Shown piece by piece: positions 32,203 through 40,703 of a stretch of DNA of 59,849 nt. The position numbers and the translations under genes are program-made. The notes beneath the pieces were generated by a model. It was not told the origin of the DNA, did no database searches, and saw nothing but the letters and a program-made list of their open reading frames with translations. How positions within the stretch are numbered: the stretch's first letter is position 1; the number at the start of each line of letters is the position of its first letter. Source of the DNA: Gemmatimonadaceae bacterium (lineage in GTDB: Bacteria; Gemmatimonadota; Gemmatimonadetes; Gemmatimonadales; Gemmatimonadaceae); the NCBI GenBank assembly GCA_040902005.1, contig JBBDYA010000127.1, positions 1 through 59,849 of the forward strand, in the 5' to 3' direction.

Positions 32203-33705
32203 ATGCTCCGCATCATCTCGCCGGTTCCACCGCTGGACGCCGCAGAGCGTCATGCCCTCGACACGCTCGTCGATCTCTCTCGCCTGCTGGTCATCGAGGG
32301 AGGGGCCGGCGGGGCCGGCGAGGCAGCTGCGGCGGGCGGGGCGGGCGGAGAGTCCGTCGAGCTTCGCGTCACCGAATCCGCCGAGGCGTCCACGGTGGAC
32401 ACGCTCCGGGAGGGCCCGCGGGGTGGCGGTGTGGGAGGGGGAGGGGGCCTGCGTCCGCGAGATGGAGGCGTGGAGATCCCGCGTGCGCTCCTGCGACTGG
32501 TCACGCACATCGTCGGCGGCGTGCGCGAGCAGCGGTCCACGGCCACGGATCGCCATGGCCGAGTGCCACACTCGGAGAACGATCCGGCGCGGCAGGGGTT
32601 CGAACGCGAGCCCGTCGTGAATCGCATCGCCGTTGCGCTCCGCCGCGCCGTGATCGAGGCAGCGGGGAGGCGCGCGGTCGTACTCGTGGCGCCCTGGCCC
32701 AGCGGCAAGCGATGGGCGGTTGCCATGACCCACGACCTGGATGTCGTGGCCGGATGGCCCGCGTTCACGGCGTTGCGGATCGTCGAACTGCTGGGCAAGG
32801 CGCAGCTGAGGCGGGCGGCCCGATCCACCGCCAGCGCGGTGCGGGCGATCGGACGCGATCCGATCTTCAGCACCGCGCGTGACATCCTCTCCACCGAGCG
32901 CCGGCTGGGCATGCGCTCCACCTGGTTCATCATCTCGGGCAGCGCCACGCTCCAGTCGATCAAGGCGGGTGACATCACCTACACCGTCGAATCGCGCGCC
33001 AGCCGCCGGATCATCGACGCGGCGCTCCACGACGAGCATGAACTGGCACTGCACGGAAGCTTTGCCACGCTGGATGCGCCCCGGTTCTTCCGTGAGCAGC
33101 GCGACCGACTCGCCGCACTCGCGAGTGCACCGATTGCCGGCGTCCGGCAGCACTTCATCCGGATGCGGCCGGGCACCACGCACGAACACATGGCGCACGC
33201 CGGCTTCGCGTATGACTCCACCTTCGGGTTTTCGGATCGCAACGGATTCCGGCTCGGCGTTGCCGACGTGGTGCGCGTGTGGGACGACGGGGGGCAGCGA
33301 GCGCTCGGGCTCGACGAAGTGCCGTTCGTGTGGATGGATCGGGCGCTCAGCAAGTATCGCGGCGTGGAGGACCCGGACGCCTGGATCCAGGACGCGCTGG
33401 CGCTCGCGGCCACCTGTCGGGAAGTCGAAGGCGTCTGGAACGGCATCTGGCATCCGAACCTCGCGCCGGCCCTCGGATTCCCGGGCGCCCCGGCGGCGTT
33501 CGAGACGCTGTGCGAGCAGCTGATGGCGCACGCACCATGGTCCGCGTCGCTGGGCGAAATCGTGCGCTGGCGCCGGGCGCGCCGGACGGTGCGCGCAGTC
33601 GGCGAGGCCCGGGCGGACGCGCTGCGCCTGCGCGTGCCCGGTGGCGCGGCCGCCCTGGCGCTGGAAGACGCGGACGGCCGCCCGGTGCCATTCACTCCGG
33701 TGTGA
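32203..33705 (+). CDS. Polysaccharide deacetylase-like protein
   Basis: DRHGR, MTHDLD, ELALHGS, RQHFIR, YDSTFGF...GFRLG, WHPN. Confidence 0.78.
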   Translation: MLRIISPVPPLDAAERHALDTLVDLSRLLVIEGGAGGAGEAAAAGGAGGESVELRVTESAEASTVDTLREGPRGGGVGGGGGLRPRDGGVEIPRALLRLVTHIVGGVREQRSTATDRHGRVPHSENDPARQGFEREPVVNRIAVALRRAVIEAAGRRAVVLVAPWPSGKRWAVAMTHDLDVVAGWPAFTALRIVELLGKAQLRRAARSTASAVRAIGRDPIFSTARDILSTERRLGMRSTWFIISGSATLQSIKAGDITYTVESRASRRIIDAALHDEHELALHGSFATLDAPRFFREQRDRLAALASAPIAGVRQHFIRMRPGTTHEHMAHAGFAYDSTFGFSDRNGFRLGVADVVRVWDDGGQRALGLDEVPFVWMDRALSKYRGVEDPDAWIQDALALAATCREVEGVWNGIWHPNLAPALGFPGAPAAFETLCEQLMAHAPWSASLGEIVRWRRARRTVRAVGEARADALRLRVPGGAAALALEDADGRPVPFTPV

Positions 33706-34862
33706 TGCGCGTCCTCTGCCTGACGCACAACTTCCCACGCCACGCCGGTGATCCCGTGGGGTCGTTCGTGCTGCGGCTCGCGGTCGCGCTGGGGGAGCAG
33801 GGGATCGAGGTGCAGGTCGTGGCACCGTCCGCGCCCGAGGTCCCCGCGTCAGACGTCATCGAGGGCATTCCGGTGACCCGGTTCCGCTACGCGCCCCGCA
33901 AGCTCGAGACGCTGGCCTACACGGGCACGATGAGCAATCAGGTGCGCCACTTCTGGAAGGCGCGGCTCGCGATGGTCGGCTTCCTCGCGGCCGGTTATCG
34001 CGCGGCGACGCGGGTCATGGCGCGTACGCCGGTGGACGTGATGCACGCGCATTGGTGGTTTCCCGGCGGCCTCGTGGCGCGCGCCGTCCGGGCGCGCACG
34101 GGCGTGCCGTACGTGGTCACCATGCATGGCTCGGACATCCGGCTCGCAAGGGCCGCCGGCGCCGCCACGGTGTTCCGCAGCGTGTCCGGCCGGGCCGCGG
34201 CGATGACGACCGTGTCAGGCTGGCTGGCGCGCGAAACACGGCTCCTCGATCCGGCGTCCGCCCCGGTGGTCGCGCCGATGCCGGTGGTTGCCGACCTCTT
34301 TCATCCGGGCGGCGTCCGCGCCACGAACCGGCTGCTGTTCATCGGCAAGCTCACCGAGCAGAAAGGGTTGCATCACCTGTTGCGTGCGCTCGCCCTGATG
34401 CGGAGCGGGCCCATGGTGGATGTCGTTGGCGCAGGACGCGTGGACGACGCACACCTGCGCGTCCTCGCGACCGAGCTTGGCGTGGCGCACCGCGTGACCT
34501 GGCACCCGCTGTTGTCTCAGGCCGAGCTGGCGGCGCTGTACCGCGCTGCCAGCGTGCATGTCATTCCCGCCGTGGACGAAGGGCTGGGGATGACTGCCAT
34601 CGAGTCGCTGTTGAGTGAGACGCCGGTCGTGGCATTCGATTCGGGCGGGCTTCCCGACATCGTGATTCCGGACCGAACGGGTCTCCTGGTGCCGGTGGGC
34701 GATGTGACCGCGCTGGCGGCCGCGGTCGACCGGGTGCTGACCGACGGCGGGCTCCGCGAACGCCTGGGACACGCCGGGCGACAGTTCGCGCTCACGCGCT
34801 TTGGACCGCGGCAGGTGGCGGAACAGTACGCCTCGATCCTGCGCGCTGCCGCTCGCCGCTGA
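33705..34862 (+). CDS. GT4 glycosyltransferase
   Basis: HAHWWFPGG, HGSD, FIGKLTEQKG, EGLGMTAIES (EX7E), GGLPDIV. Confidence 0.92.
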   Translation: MRVLCLTHNFPRHAGDPVGSFVLRLAVALGEQGIEVQVVAPSAPEVPASDVIEGIPVTRFRYAPRKLETLAYTGTMSNQVRHFWKARLAMVGFLAAGYRAATRVMARTPVDVMHAHWWFPGGLVARAVRARTGVPYVVTMHGSDIRLARAAGAATVFRSVSGRAAAMTTVSGWLARETRLLDPASAPVVAPMPVVADLFHPGGVRATNRLLFIGKLTEQKGLHHLLRALALMRSGPMVDVVGAGRVDDAHLRVLATELGVAHRVTWHPLLSQAELAALYRAASVHVIPAVDEGLGMTAIESLLSETPVVAFDSGGLPDIVIPDRTGLLVPVGDVTALAAAVDRVLTDGGLRERLGHAGRQFALTRFGPRQVAEQYASILRAAARR

Positions 34863-34912
34863 GTCGCGCGGGTGTACTTCGCCACCCGAACACTTCAAGT
34901 TTCCCGTCTGCG

Positions 34913-37411
34913 ATGACACCGCCCATGGTTTCCGCGGCACCGCCGCCAGCCCCCCGATACGCGATCGCGTGGGCGCTCCTTGCCTACGTGCTGTGCACGC
35001 TGGTGCTGGGGTATCCTGCCCTGACCGGCGGCTTTCTCGTCACGCCGATCAGCGACCAGTACATCGGCGGGTTCCCGGTGCGCGACTTCGCGGCGCAGTC
35101 GTTGAGGGCCGGCGAGGGTATCCCGCTGTGGAACCCGTACATCTTCGGGGGGCTGCCGTACGTGGCCGCGATGCACGGCGACATCTTCTACCCGACGTTC
35201 ATCGTGCGCGCGCTGTTGCCGACCGACATCGCGATGACGCTGTCGTTCATGATCCACATGGTGCTCGCGGGACTGTTCACCTACGTGTTCCTCCGCGCGT
35301 GCGGCCTGAGCTTCTGGGCATCCCTGATCGGGGGCGCCGCCTACATGATGAGCGGCCCGATCGCCTCGTATGTCTCCCCGGGACACGACGGCAAGCTGTA
35401 CGTGAGCGCGCTCCTGCCACTGGTCCTGGTCCTCCTGATTCGCGGTGTGCGCGACGGCCGCATGTGGGCGTGGGGAGGGCTGGCCCTGGCCACGGGACTC
35501 GCGGTCCTGAGCCCGCACCCCCAGCTGTTGCAATACCTTCTGCTCGCCGCCGGGTCTTTCGGTCTCTACCTCGCCCTCGCTGAGTGGGACGGTACGCGGC
35601 TCGAGCAACGCGTGGCCGTTCAGCGGTTAGCCATCGCCCTCGCGGCGGTGGCCGTCGGCTTCCTGATGGGAGCGGTCCAGTACTACCCCGTCATCGAATA
35701 CATCCCGTGGTCGCCGCGTTCCGGCGGTGCCGGATGGGAGCACGCGGTGTCGTACTCCTTTCCCATCCCCGAATTGTTCAACATGTACCTGCCCCAGTTC
35801 ACCGGGATTCTCGACAGGTACTGGGGTGACAACGGCATTCACTTCCACAGTGAGTACCTGGGTCCGGCGATGCTGGTCCTCGCGACCGTCGCGATCTCGG
35901 CGACGGGGAAGGCGGTCGCGCTCACGCGATCGTTCAAACTCTTCTGGCTCGGTGTACTGATCGTTTCGCTGTTCTGGGCGCTGGGCGGCAATACGCCGTT
36001 CTACAAGGTGGTCTATTATCTGGTGCCTGGATCCAAGTTCTTCCGCGCGCCGAGCACGATCATTTACATCACGACCTTCGCCGTGGCGGTGTTCGCGGCG
36101 ATCGGCACGGAGCGCGTGCTCTCGGCGCGCTGGCTGTCGCCCCGTTACCTGTACGCCTGGGGTGGCGCCGCCGTGGCAATCGCATTACTCGGTGTCACCG
36201 GCGCGCTCACGAACCTGGGCGTGTCACTGGTTGGAAACGCGGCGTACTCCAATGGCATGCCGGTGAGCGAACGGGTGATCGCCAATGCCGGTTCTCTCGC
36301 TCTCGGTTCGATACGGTCGGTGGCCTTTACCCTGGCAACGCTCGCCGTGATCTGGGCCATCGCGAAGGGAAAACTTGGCGGGCGTAGAGCCGCGATGGCC
36401 GTGCTGCTGGTGCTCGTTGCGGATCTCTGGAGCATCGAGCGCAAATACTGGCGGTTCTCTCCACCGGCTTCTGAGGTGTACGGCAGTGACGCGACGATCG
36501 AGTACTTGAAGCCGCGCAGCGACAGCGCGCGGGTGTTGACGCTCGGAGCAGGCGAGGCCGCCCGGGATCCGATGCTCTCCGGTGACGGCTTGATGGTCCA
36601 CGAAGTTCGCCAGGTCATCGGCTACCATGGCAATGAGCTGGGGCGCTTCCGCCTACTCACGTGCGGTGGCCGTCCCTGTCGCGGCAGCAGTCCAGAAGGC
36701 CCCGTCTTGTCGGATCCGCACATACGCTCGCTGCTCAACATTCGTTACCTGCTCATCAACATGGCTCCCACTGAGCGCTTCATACAGCAGGTGGTCGGCG
36801 CAGACGCTCTGGTCGCCGGCCCGGCCAGAAGTGCTTACGGCTCCATGGTCTACTTGTATCGGTTTCCAGGTGACAATCCGCCGGCGTGGGTGGCATCGGC
36901 TTCCCTCAAGGCACCTGATGACGCAGTCCTGGGAACACTGCTGGATCCGCGGTTCAACGCGGAAATGCAACGACGCGTAGCCTTGGTCGATACGGCCTCG
37001 ACACTCCAGAGCGTCGCGAATCCTGCCACACTTCCGCCACCCTCCGCGATCACCGCCCAGGTTCGCCGTCCGAGTCACGGACGTATTCTCGTCGATCTCT
37101 CAGCCCCGGCCCAGGATGGCAATGTCTTGATCGTTTCCGAGAATTTCTATCCGGGATGGCGGGCGACGGTGGATGGCCGCGACGTCGCGGCGGAGCGCGT
37201 GGATTTCATGCTTATCGGCGTACCGCTGGCGGCAGGCGCCCGCCAGGTCGAGCTCGTATTCCGGAGCACACCCTTTGAGACAGGGAAGACGATCACGCTG
37301 ATCGCCGCGGCGGTTGCGGCCGCCTTGTTGATCGTTGGGCTGGTGCTGGATCGGCGTGCACGTTCATCAACTCGCCCTCCAGCCGCCACCGCACCTCCGA
37401 CCAGTGGCTGA
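34913..37411 (+). CDS. YfhO family GT-C-type membrane protein
   Basis: GIPLWNPYIFGGLP, FYP, multi-TM, FRAP, SENFYPGWRATVDG. Confidence 0.85.
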   Translation: MTPPMVSAAPPPAPRYAIAWALLAYVLCTLVLGYPALTGGFLVTPISDQYIGGFPVRDFAAQSLRAGEGIPLWNPYIFGGLPYVAAMHGDIFYPTFIVRALLPTDIAMTLSFMIHMVLAGLFTYVFLRACGLSFWASLIGGAAYMMSGPIASYVSPGHDGKLYVSALLPLVLVLLIRGVRDGRMWAWGGLALATGLAVLSPHPQLLQYLLLAAGSFGLYLALAEWDGTRLEQRVAVQRLAIALAAVAVGFLMGAVQYYPVIEYIPWSPRSGGAGWEHAVSYSFPIPELFNMYLPQFTGILDRYWGDNGIHFHSEYLGPAMLVLATVAISATGKAVALTRSFKLFWLGVLIVSLFWALGGNTPFYKVVYYLVPGSKFFRAPSTIIYITTFAVAVFAAIGTERVLSARWLSPRYLYAWGGAAVAIALLGVTGALTNLGVSLVGNAAYSNGMPVSERVIANAGSLALGSIRSVAFTLATLAVIWAIAKGKLGGRRAAMAVLLVLVADLWSIERKYWRFSPPASEVYGSDATIEYLKPRSDSARVLTLGAGEAARDPMLSGDGLMVHEVRQVIGYHGNELGRFRLLTCGGRPCRGSSPEGPVLSDPHIRSLLNIRYLLINMAPTERFIQQVVGADALVAGPARSAYGSMVYLYRFPGDNPPAWVASASLKAPDDAVLGTLLDPRFNAEMQRRVALVDTASTLQSVANPATLPPPSAITAQVRRPSHGRILVDLSAPAQDGNVLIVSENFYPGWRATVDGRDVAAERVDFMLIGVPLAAGARQVELVFRSTPFETGKTITLIAAAVAAALLIVGLVLDRRARSSTRPPAATAPPTSG

Positions 37412-38126
37412 ACGCGCGCTCGTCATCGTTCCGACGTACAACGAGCGGGAGAACATTTCCCGGCTGATCCACGCCGTGCTCGGCATGGATCCGCGGCTCG
37501 AGGTGCTCGTGGTGGATGATGGCTCGCCGGATGGAACAGCGGGTATCGTGGAGGCCATCGCCGCGGAAAGCGGGCGCGTGCACATTCTCAAGCGCGAGAA
37601 GAAACTGGGGCTCGGCACGGCGTACATCGCCGGCTTCAAGTGGTCCCTTCAGCGCAAATATGACTACACGTTCGAGATGGACGCGGATTTCTCGCACGAT
37701 CCCGGGCACCTGCCACACTTCCTTCGCGCCATCGAGACCGCGGACCTGGTCGTTGGATCGCGGTACCAGGAGGGGAAGGTGTCCGTTGTGAACTGGCCGA
37801 TCTCACGGCTTGCCCTCAGCTACTTCGCCAACGTCTATGCCCGCATCGTCACGGGGCTGCAACTCTGGGACTCCACTGGCGGGTTCAAGTGCTATCGCCG
37901 GGCCGTGCTCGAAGCCGTCGACCTGGATGACGTTCGCTCGAACGGGTACGCCTTCCAGATCGAGATGAGTTTCCGCACGTGGAAGAAGAACTTCCAGATC
38001 GTGGAGATCCCGATCGTATTCGTGGACCGCACCGAGGGCACGAGCAAGATGTCCAGGGCTATCGTGCGCGAAGCGATCTGGATGGTGTGGCGTCTGCGAC
38101 TATGGGCGCTGACCGGCCGACTGTGA
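37404..38126 (+). CDS. Polyprenol monophosphomannose synthase (GT2, Ppm1/DPM1-like)
   Basis: VPTYNERENI, DDGSPDGT, GLGTAY, EMDADFSHDP, GYAFQIEM, GTSKMS. Confidence 0.92.
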   Translation: MAERALVIVPTYNERENISRLIHAVLGMDPRLEVLVVDDGSPDGTAGIVEAIAAESGRVHILKREKKLGLGTAYIAGFKWSLQRKYDYTFEMDADFSHDPGHLPHFLRAIETADLVVGSRYQEGKVSVVNWPISRLALSYFANVYARIVTGLQLWDSTGGFKCYRRAVLEAVDLDDVRSNGYAFQIEMSFRTWKKNFQIVEIPIVFVDRTEGTSKMSRAIVREAIWMVWRLRLWALTGRL

Positions 38127-38139
38127 GCGATGGTGTCGA

Positions 38140-38997
38140 ATGATCTCCCTGGGGCGCGAATTCTTCAAAATGAGCGGTTCCGGCAACGATTTTGTCTTCG
38201 TTGACGCCCGTACGGAGCCCCCTGGACATCTTGCATCGCCTGAGGTCGTCAGTGCTATCTGTAGCAGAGGCACTGGGATAGGGGCTGATGGCGTGGTCTT
38301 TCTCGAAGCTTCGAACAGCGCCGCCGTCCGGCTGGTCTACCTGAACGCCGACGGATCCCGGGCCGACCTGTGTGGAAATGCGACGCTCTGCACGGCCCGG
38401 CTGGCTCGCGAACTGGGTATCGTGGCCCAAGCGGAGTTCTCGATCGAGACGGATTCAGGGGTCCTGGGAGCCCGTTTGCGGGGCGACAGCGCGGAAATCG
38501 ACCTCCAGGCCGTCGCGGAGATGCGTTCCGACGCCGGGCTACCGCTGGAGCGTGGCGAGACCCGGATGGGCTTCGCGCTGGTCGGGGTACCGCACCTCGT
38601 GATTCTGGTGGACGACCTCGGCGCCGTGGACGTCGTGGGACGTGGGCGGCCACTCCGCAGACACTCGAGCCTCAAGGCCGGCGCGAACGTCAACTTCGTG
38701 CAGCCCGAACCCGACGGGGCATTCGCCTACAGGACCTACGAGCGCGGCGTGGAGGCAGAGACCCTGGCGTGCGGGACGGGCGCCGTGGCGGTCGCTGCGC
38801 TGCTCGGCGAATGGGGAGTGGCTAACGGGAAAGTGCGGTTGCGCACCCGGTCGGGCAGGGAGCTCGGCGTCCGATTTTCCGGACCCGGTGTCGCCAAAGT
38901 GCCGTCTTTGTCCGGCGAGGCCAGGATCGTCTTTCAGGCCAGATTTGGCGAGCTGCCCGGCCTCAAGACCATCGGCGCCGCTCCATCAAAGCCATGA
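38140..38997 (+). CDS. dapF: Diaminopimelate epimerase
   Basis: KMSGSGNDF, NADGSRADLCGN, GVPH, ERGVEAETLACGTG. Confidence 0.96.
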   Translation: MISLGREFFKMSGSGNDFVFVDARTEPPGHLASPEVVSAICSRGTGIGADGVVFLEASNSAAVRLVYLNADGSRADLCGNATLCTARLARELGIVAQAEFSIETDSGVLGARLRGDSAEIDLQAVAEMRSDAGLPLERGETRMGFALVGVPHLVILVDDLGAVDVVGRGRPLRRHSSLKAGANVNFVQPEPDGAFAYRTYERGVEAETLACGTGAVAVAALLGEWGVANGKVRLRTRSGRELGVRFSGPGVAKVPSLSGEARIVFQARFGELPGLKTIGAAPSKP

Positions 38998-39023
38998 ATG
39001 GCAGTGGCTTATGGCAGCGGTGG

Positions 39024-39053
39024 AGGGCTCTCCAGGGCTCTCCAGGGTTCTCC
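39024..39053. repeat. Tandem 10-bp repeat (AGGGCTCTCC x2 + AGGGTTCTCC)
   Basis: Read directly in the dapF/TPR intergenic region, about 20 bp from the dif-like site. Confidence 0.8.
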
Positions 39054-39072
39054 ACAGTATTCCCCATGACAT

Positions 39073-39100
39073 AGTTTACATAACGCATCTTATACGTACT
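39073..39100 (-). other. dif: dif-like XerC/XerD chromosome dimer resolution site
   Basis: Minus strand AGTACGTATAA-GATGCG-TTATGTAAACT versus E. coli GGTGCGCATAA-TGTATA-TTATGTTAAAT (8/11 and 9/11 arm matches); intergenic; at the gene-strand switch. Confidence 0.85.
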
Positions 39101-39147
39101 AAACGATCCGGCTGTCCGCATACTGCCTACTGCGGTTCAAGCTGTTT

Positions 39148-39813
39148 CTAGCTCTGGCCGGCCGGCTTCGCCGTCAGCTCGCCCAGCCGCATGGTGGCCT
39201 CATTGTGGACGGCAATCGCGTCAGGGTCCTTCAGGAGGCTCTCCCAAAGAGCCTGGGCCTCGCCGTCGTTCCCGGCCGCCATGAACGCACGGGCGGCCTT
39301 TGCGAGGTACAGCGAGCTCGCCCCGGCGTGCGGAGTGGCTTCGGCGGCTTTCCGGTACGCCGCGGCGGCCTCCGCCGCGTTGTCCTGGCCAAAGTGACCG
39401 TCGGCGATCAATGACCAGATCGCGGCGAGGTTCTCACGCGCGGCCGCCCTTGTCTCGTAGGCCCGCAGCGCCTGGACGCCTTCGGCAAACCTCCCCGCGT
39501 CATAATGGAGCTGGGCGAGGATCATGGCTGCCTGCGCTCCCGCCGGGGTTCCGGGATACCGGGACGACACCCGATCGAGGTCGGTCTGAGCCAGCGCGGT
39601 GTTCCCCGCCGCCATCGACTGCTTGGCCTGATTCAGACCCCGCTCCGCATTCAGGCGCTTGATCTCGGCACTCCGGAGGTAGAACCAGAATCCCAGGGCG
39701 GCCACGACGATCAGCGCCACACCGATTCCAAGGAGCCTGGTGTTCCTCTGGATCCACAGGAAAAACGACTCGATGCCGTCGCCTTCGGTCTCAATCGTCT
39801 GGATGGGGCGCAT
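39148..39813 (-). CDS. Membrane-anchored tetratricopeptide repeat protein (YfgM-like)
   Basis: Single N-terminal TM then helical repeats (YPGTPAGAQAAMILAQ, AAAAYRKAA). Confidence 0.8.
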   Translation of the reverse strand: MRPIQTIETEGDGIESFFLWIQRNTRLLGIGVALIVVAALGFWFYLRSAEIKRLNAERGLNQAKQSMAAGNTALAQTDLDRVSSRYPGTPAGAQAAMILAQLHYDAGRFAEGVQALRAYETRAAARENLAAIWSLIADGHFGQDNAAEAAAAYRKAAEATPHAGASSLYLAKAARAFMAAGNDGEAQALWESLLKDPDAIAVHNEATMRLGELTAKPAGQS

Positions 39814-39870
39814 GTGTTCGAATGGCACTCGAAAAGTTGTGGTGACCGACGAATCGCCGTGGAGTGAAAG

Positions 39871-39944
39871 TACCCCTGGGGTGACTCGAACACCCGGCCA
39901 ACGGTTTAGGAAACCGCTGCTCTATCCACCTGAGCTACAGGGGC
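39871..39944 (-). tRNA. tRNA-Arg(CCT)
   Basis: GCCCCTG-TAGCTCAGGTGGATAGAGC-A-GCGGT-TTCCTAA-ACCGT...GGGTG-TTCGAGT-CACCC-CAGGGGT-A; cloverleaf; CCA not encoded. Confidence 0.96.
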
Positions 39945-39960
39945 GGCGTTGGTACAGTTG

Positions 39961-39966
39961 AAGTTA
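39961..39966 (-). promoter_or_regulatory. Putative element-borne -10 box for tRNA-Arg
   Basis: TAACTT on the minus strand, 16 nt upstream of the mature tRNA 5' end and just past the integrase-remnant stop. Confidence 0.45.
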
Positions 39967-39967
39967 G

Positions 39968-40128
39968 CTACTCGGTGATACCCGCTGGAACCTCAGTGTT
40001 TGCCGTTGCCTTCCCGTTCTCGCTGAACCTGCGCGCCACGGCCCGCGCAAGGTCCGCCGCGTCGATGATATTTAGCGGTCGAACATGCCCGCGTTTTCCA
40101 GCCGCAAAGTTCGCATGACCTTGCCTTC
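39968..40128 (-). pseudogene. Tyrosine integrase C-terminal remnant (frameshifted)
   Basis: Joining frames across three 1-nt indels gives EGKVMR-LCGWKTRxMFDRxNIIDAADLARAVARRFSENGKATANT...*, resembling the W/Y catalytic tail. Confidence 0.7.
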
Positions 40129-40135
40129 AAGAGAA

Positions 40136-40167
40136 GAACGGCCCCGCGCTGCAGCGCCGGGCCGTTC
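40136..40167 (-). terminator. GC-rich hairpin, probable terminator of the cargo gene
   Basis: GAACGGCCC...GGGCCGTTC stem with inner GCGCT/AGCGC pairing; followed by TTCTCTT on minus. Confidence 0.55.
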
Positions 40168-40211
40168 CTCTCTCATTCGAGCTCGAGTGCTGGTCTTCAC
40201 ATTCGAACCGT

Positions 40212-40583
40212 TCAGGAACCTCCGCCTCTCTTCGCTCTCCTCCACAGATGATCCGCCAGGCCGAGGAGAATCACCGCCTTGTCCGCCGGCACGTGCTTCC
40301 CGCTCTGCGCGCGCACCAGGTTCCGGAACGCGGCGAGCTGCCCCGACTTGGCCCGCTCGTTGCCCCGCGCCTCCGACGCGGCCGCCGCGCTCAACTGCGA
40401 GCACAGCGCGTTCGCCACGCCTGGGTTGCTCACGAACTGCCGCACCAGCGCGCACACGCCGTCGGACGTCACAACCACCTGGAAGCTTGTCGAGCCGCTC
40501 CCCGTGTTGCCCGCGTTGTCCTTCGCGTCCGCGCTGAACGAGTTCGTCCCCACCGCGAACGTGTACGCTGCGCCGCTGACGTC
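40212..40583 (-). pseudogene. 3' fragment of a secreted-protein gene (Ig-like strand plus FIMAH-like helical C-terminus)
   Basis: DVSGAAYTFAVGTNSFSADAKDNAGN...ALCSQLSAA...GQLAAFRNLVRAQSGK; frame opens right after an in-frame TAG (40584-40586); no signal peptide. Confidence 0.6.
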
Positions 40584-40703
40584 CTAGTGGTCCCGAAGGA
40601 CCAACGCCGCACTATGAAACGGCTCTCAGGGGGAAGCGGGTTTGGTTCGGGAAACCGCTGCTCTATCCACCTGAGCTACAGGGGCAAGCGCCTGTGACCC
40701 GGC

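Larger units (their letters stand above)
39909..40685. mobile_element. Decayed integrative element bounded by a 36-bp direct repeat of the tRNA-Arg 5' half
   Basis: GGAAACCGCTGCTCTATCCACCTGAGCTACAGGGGC at 39909-39944 and 40650-40685; integrase and cargo fragments lie between. Confidence 0.8.

Noticed and set aside
39024..39053. CRISPR array or oriC
   Set aside because: 10-bp units without spacers and no cas genes. There is a single imperfect DnaA-like box, and genes converge rather than diverge here.
40650..40685. Second tRNA-Arg gene
   Set aside because: Only the 5' 36 nt are present; no T-arm or 3' acceptor strand.
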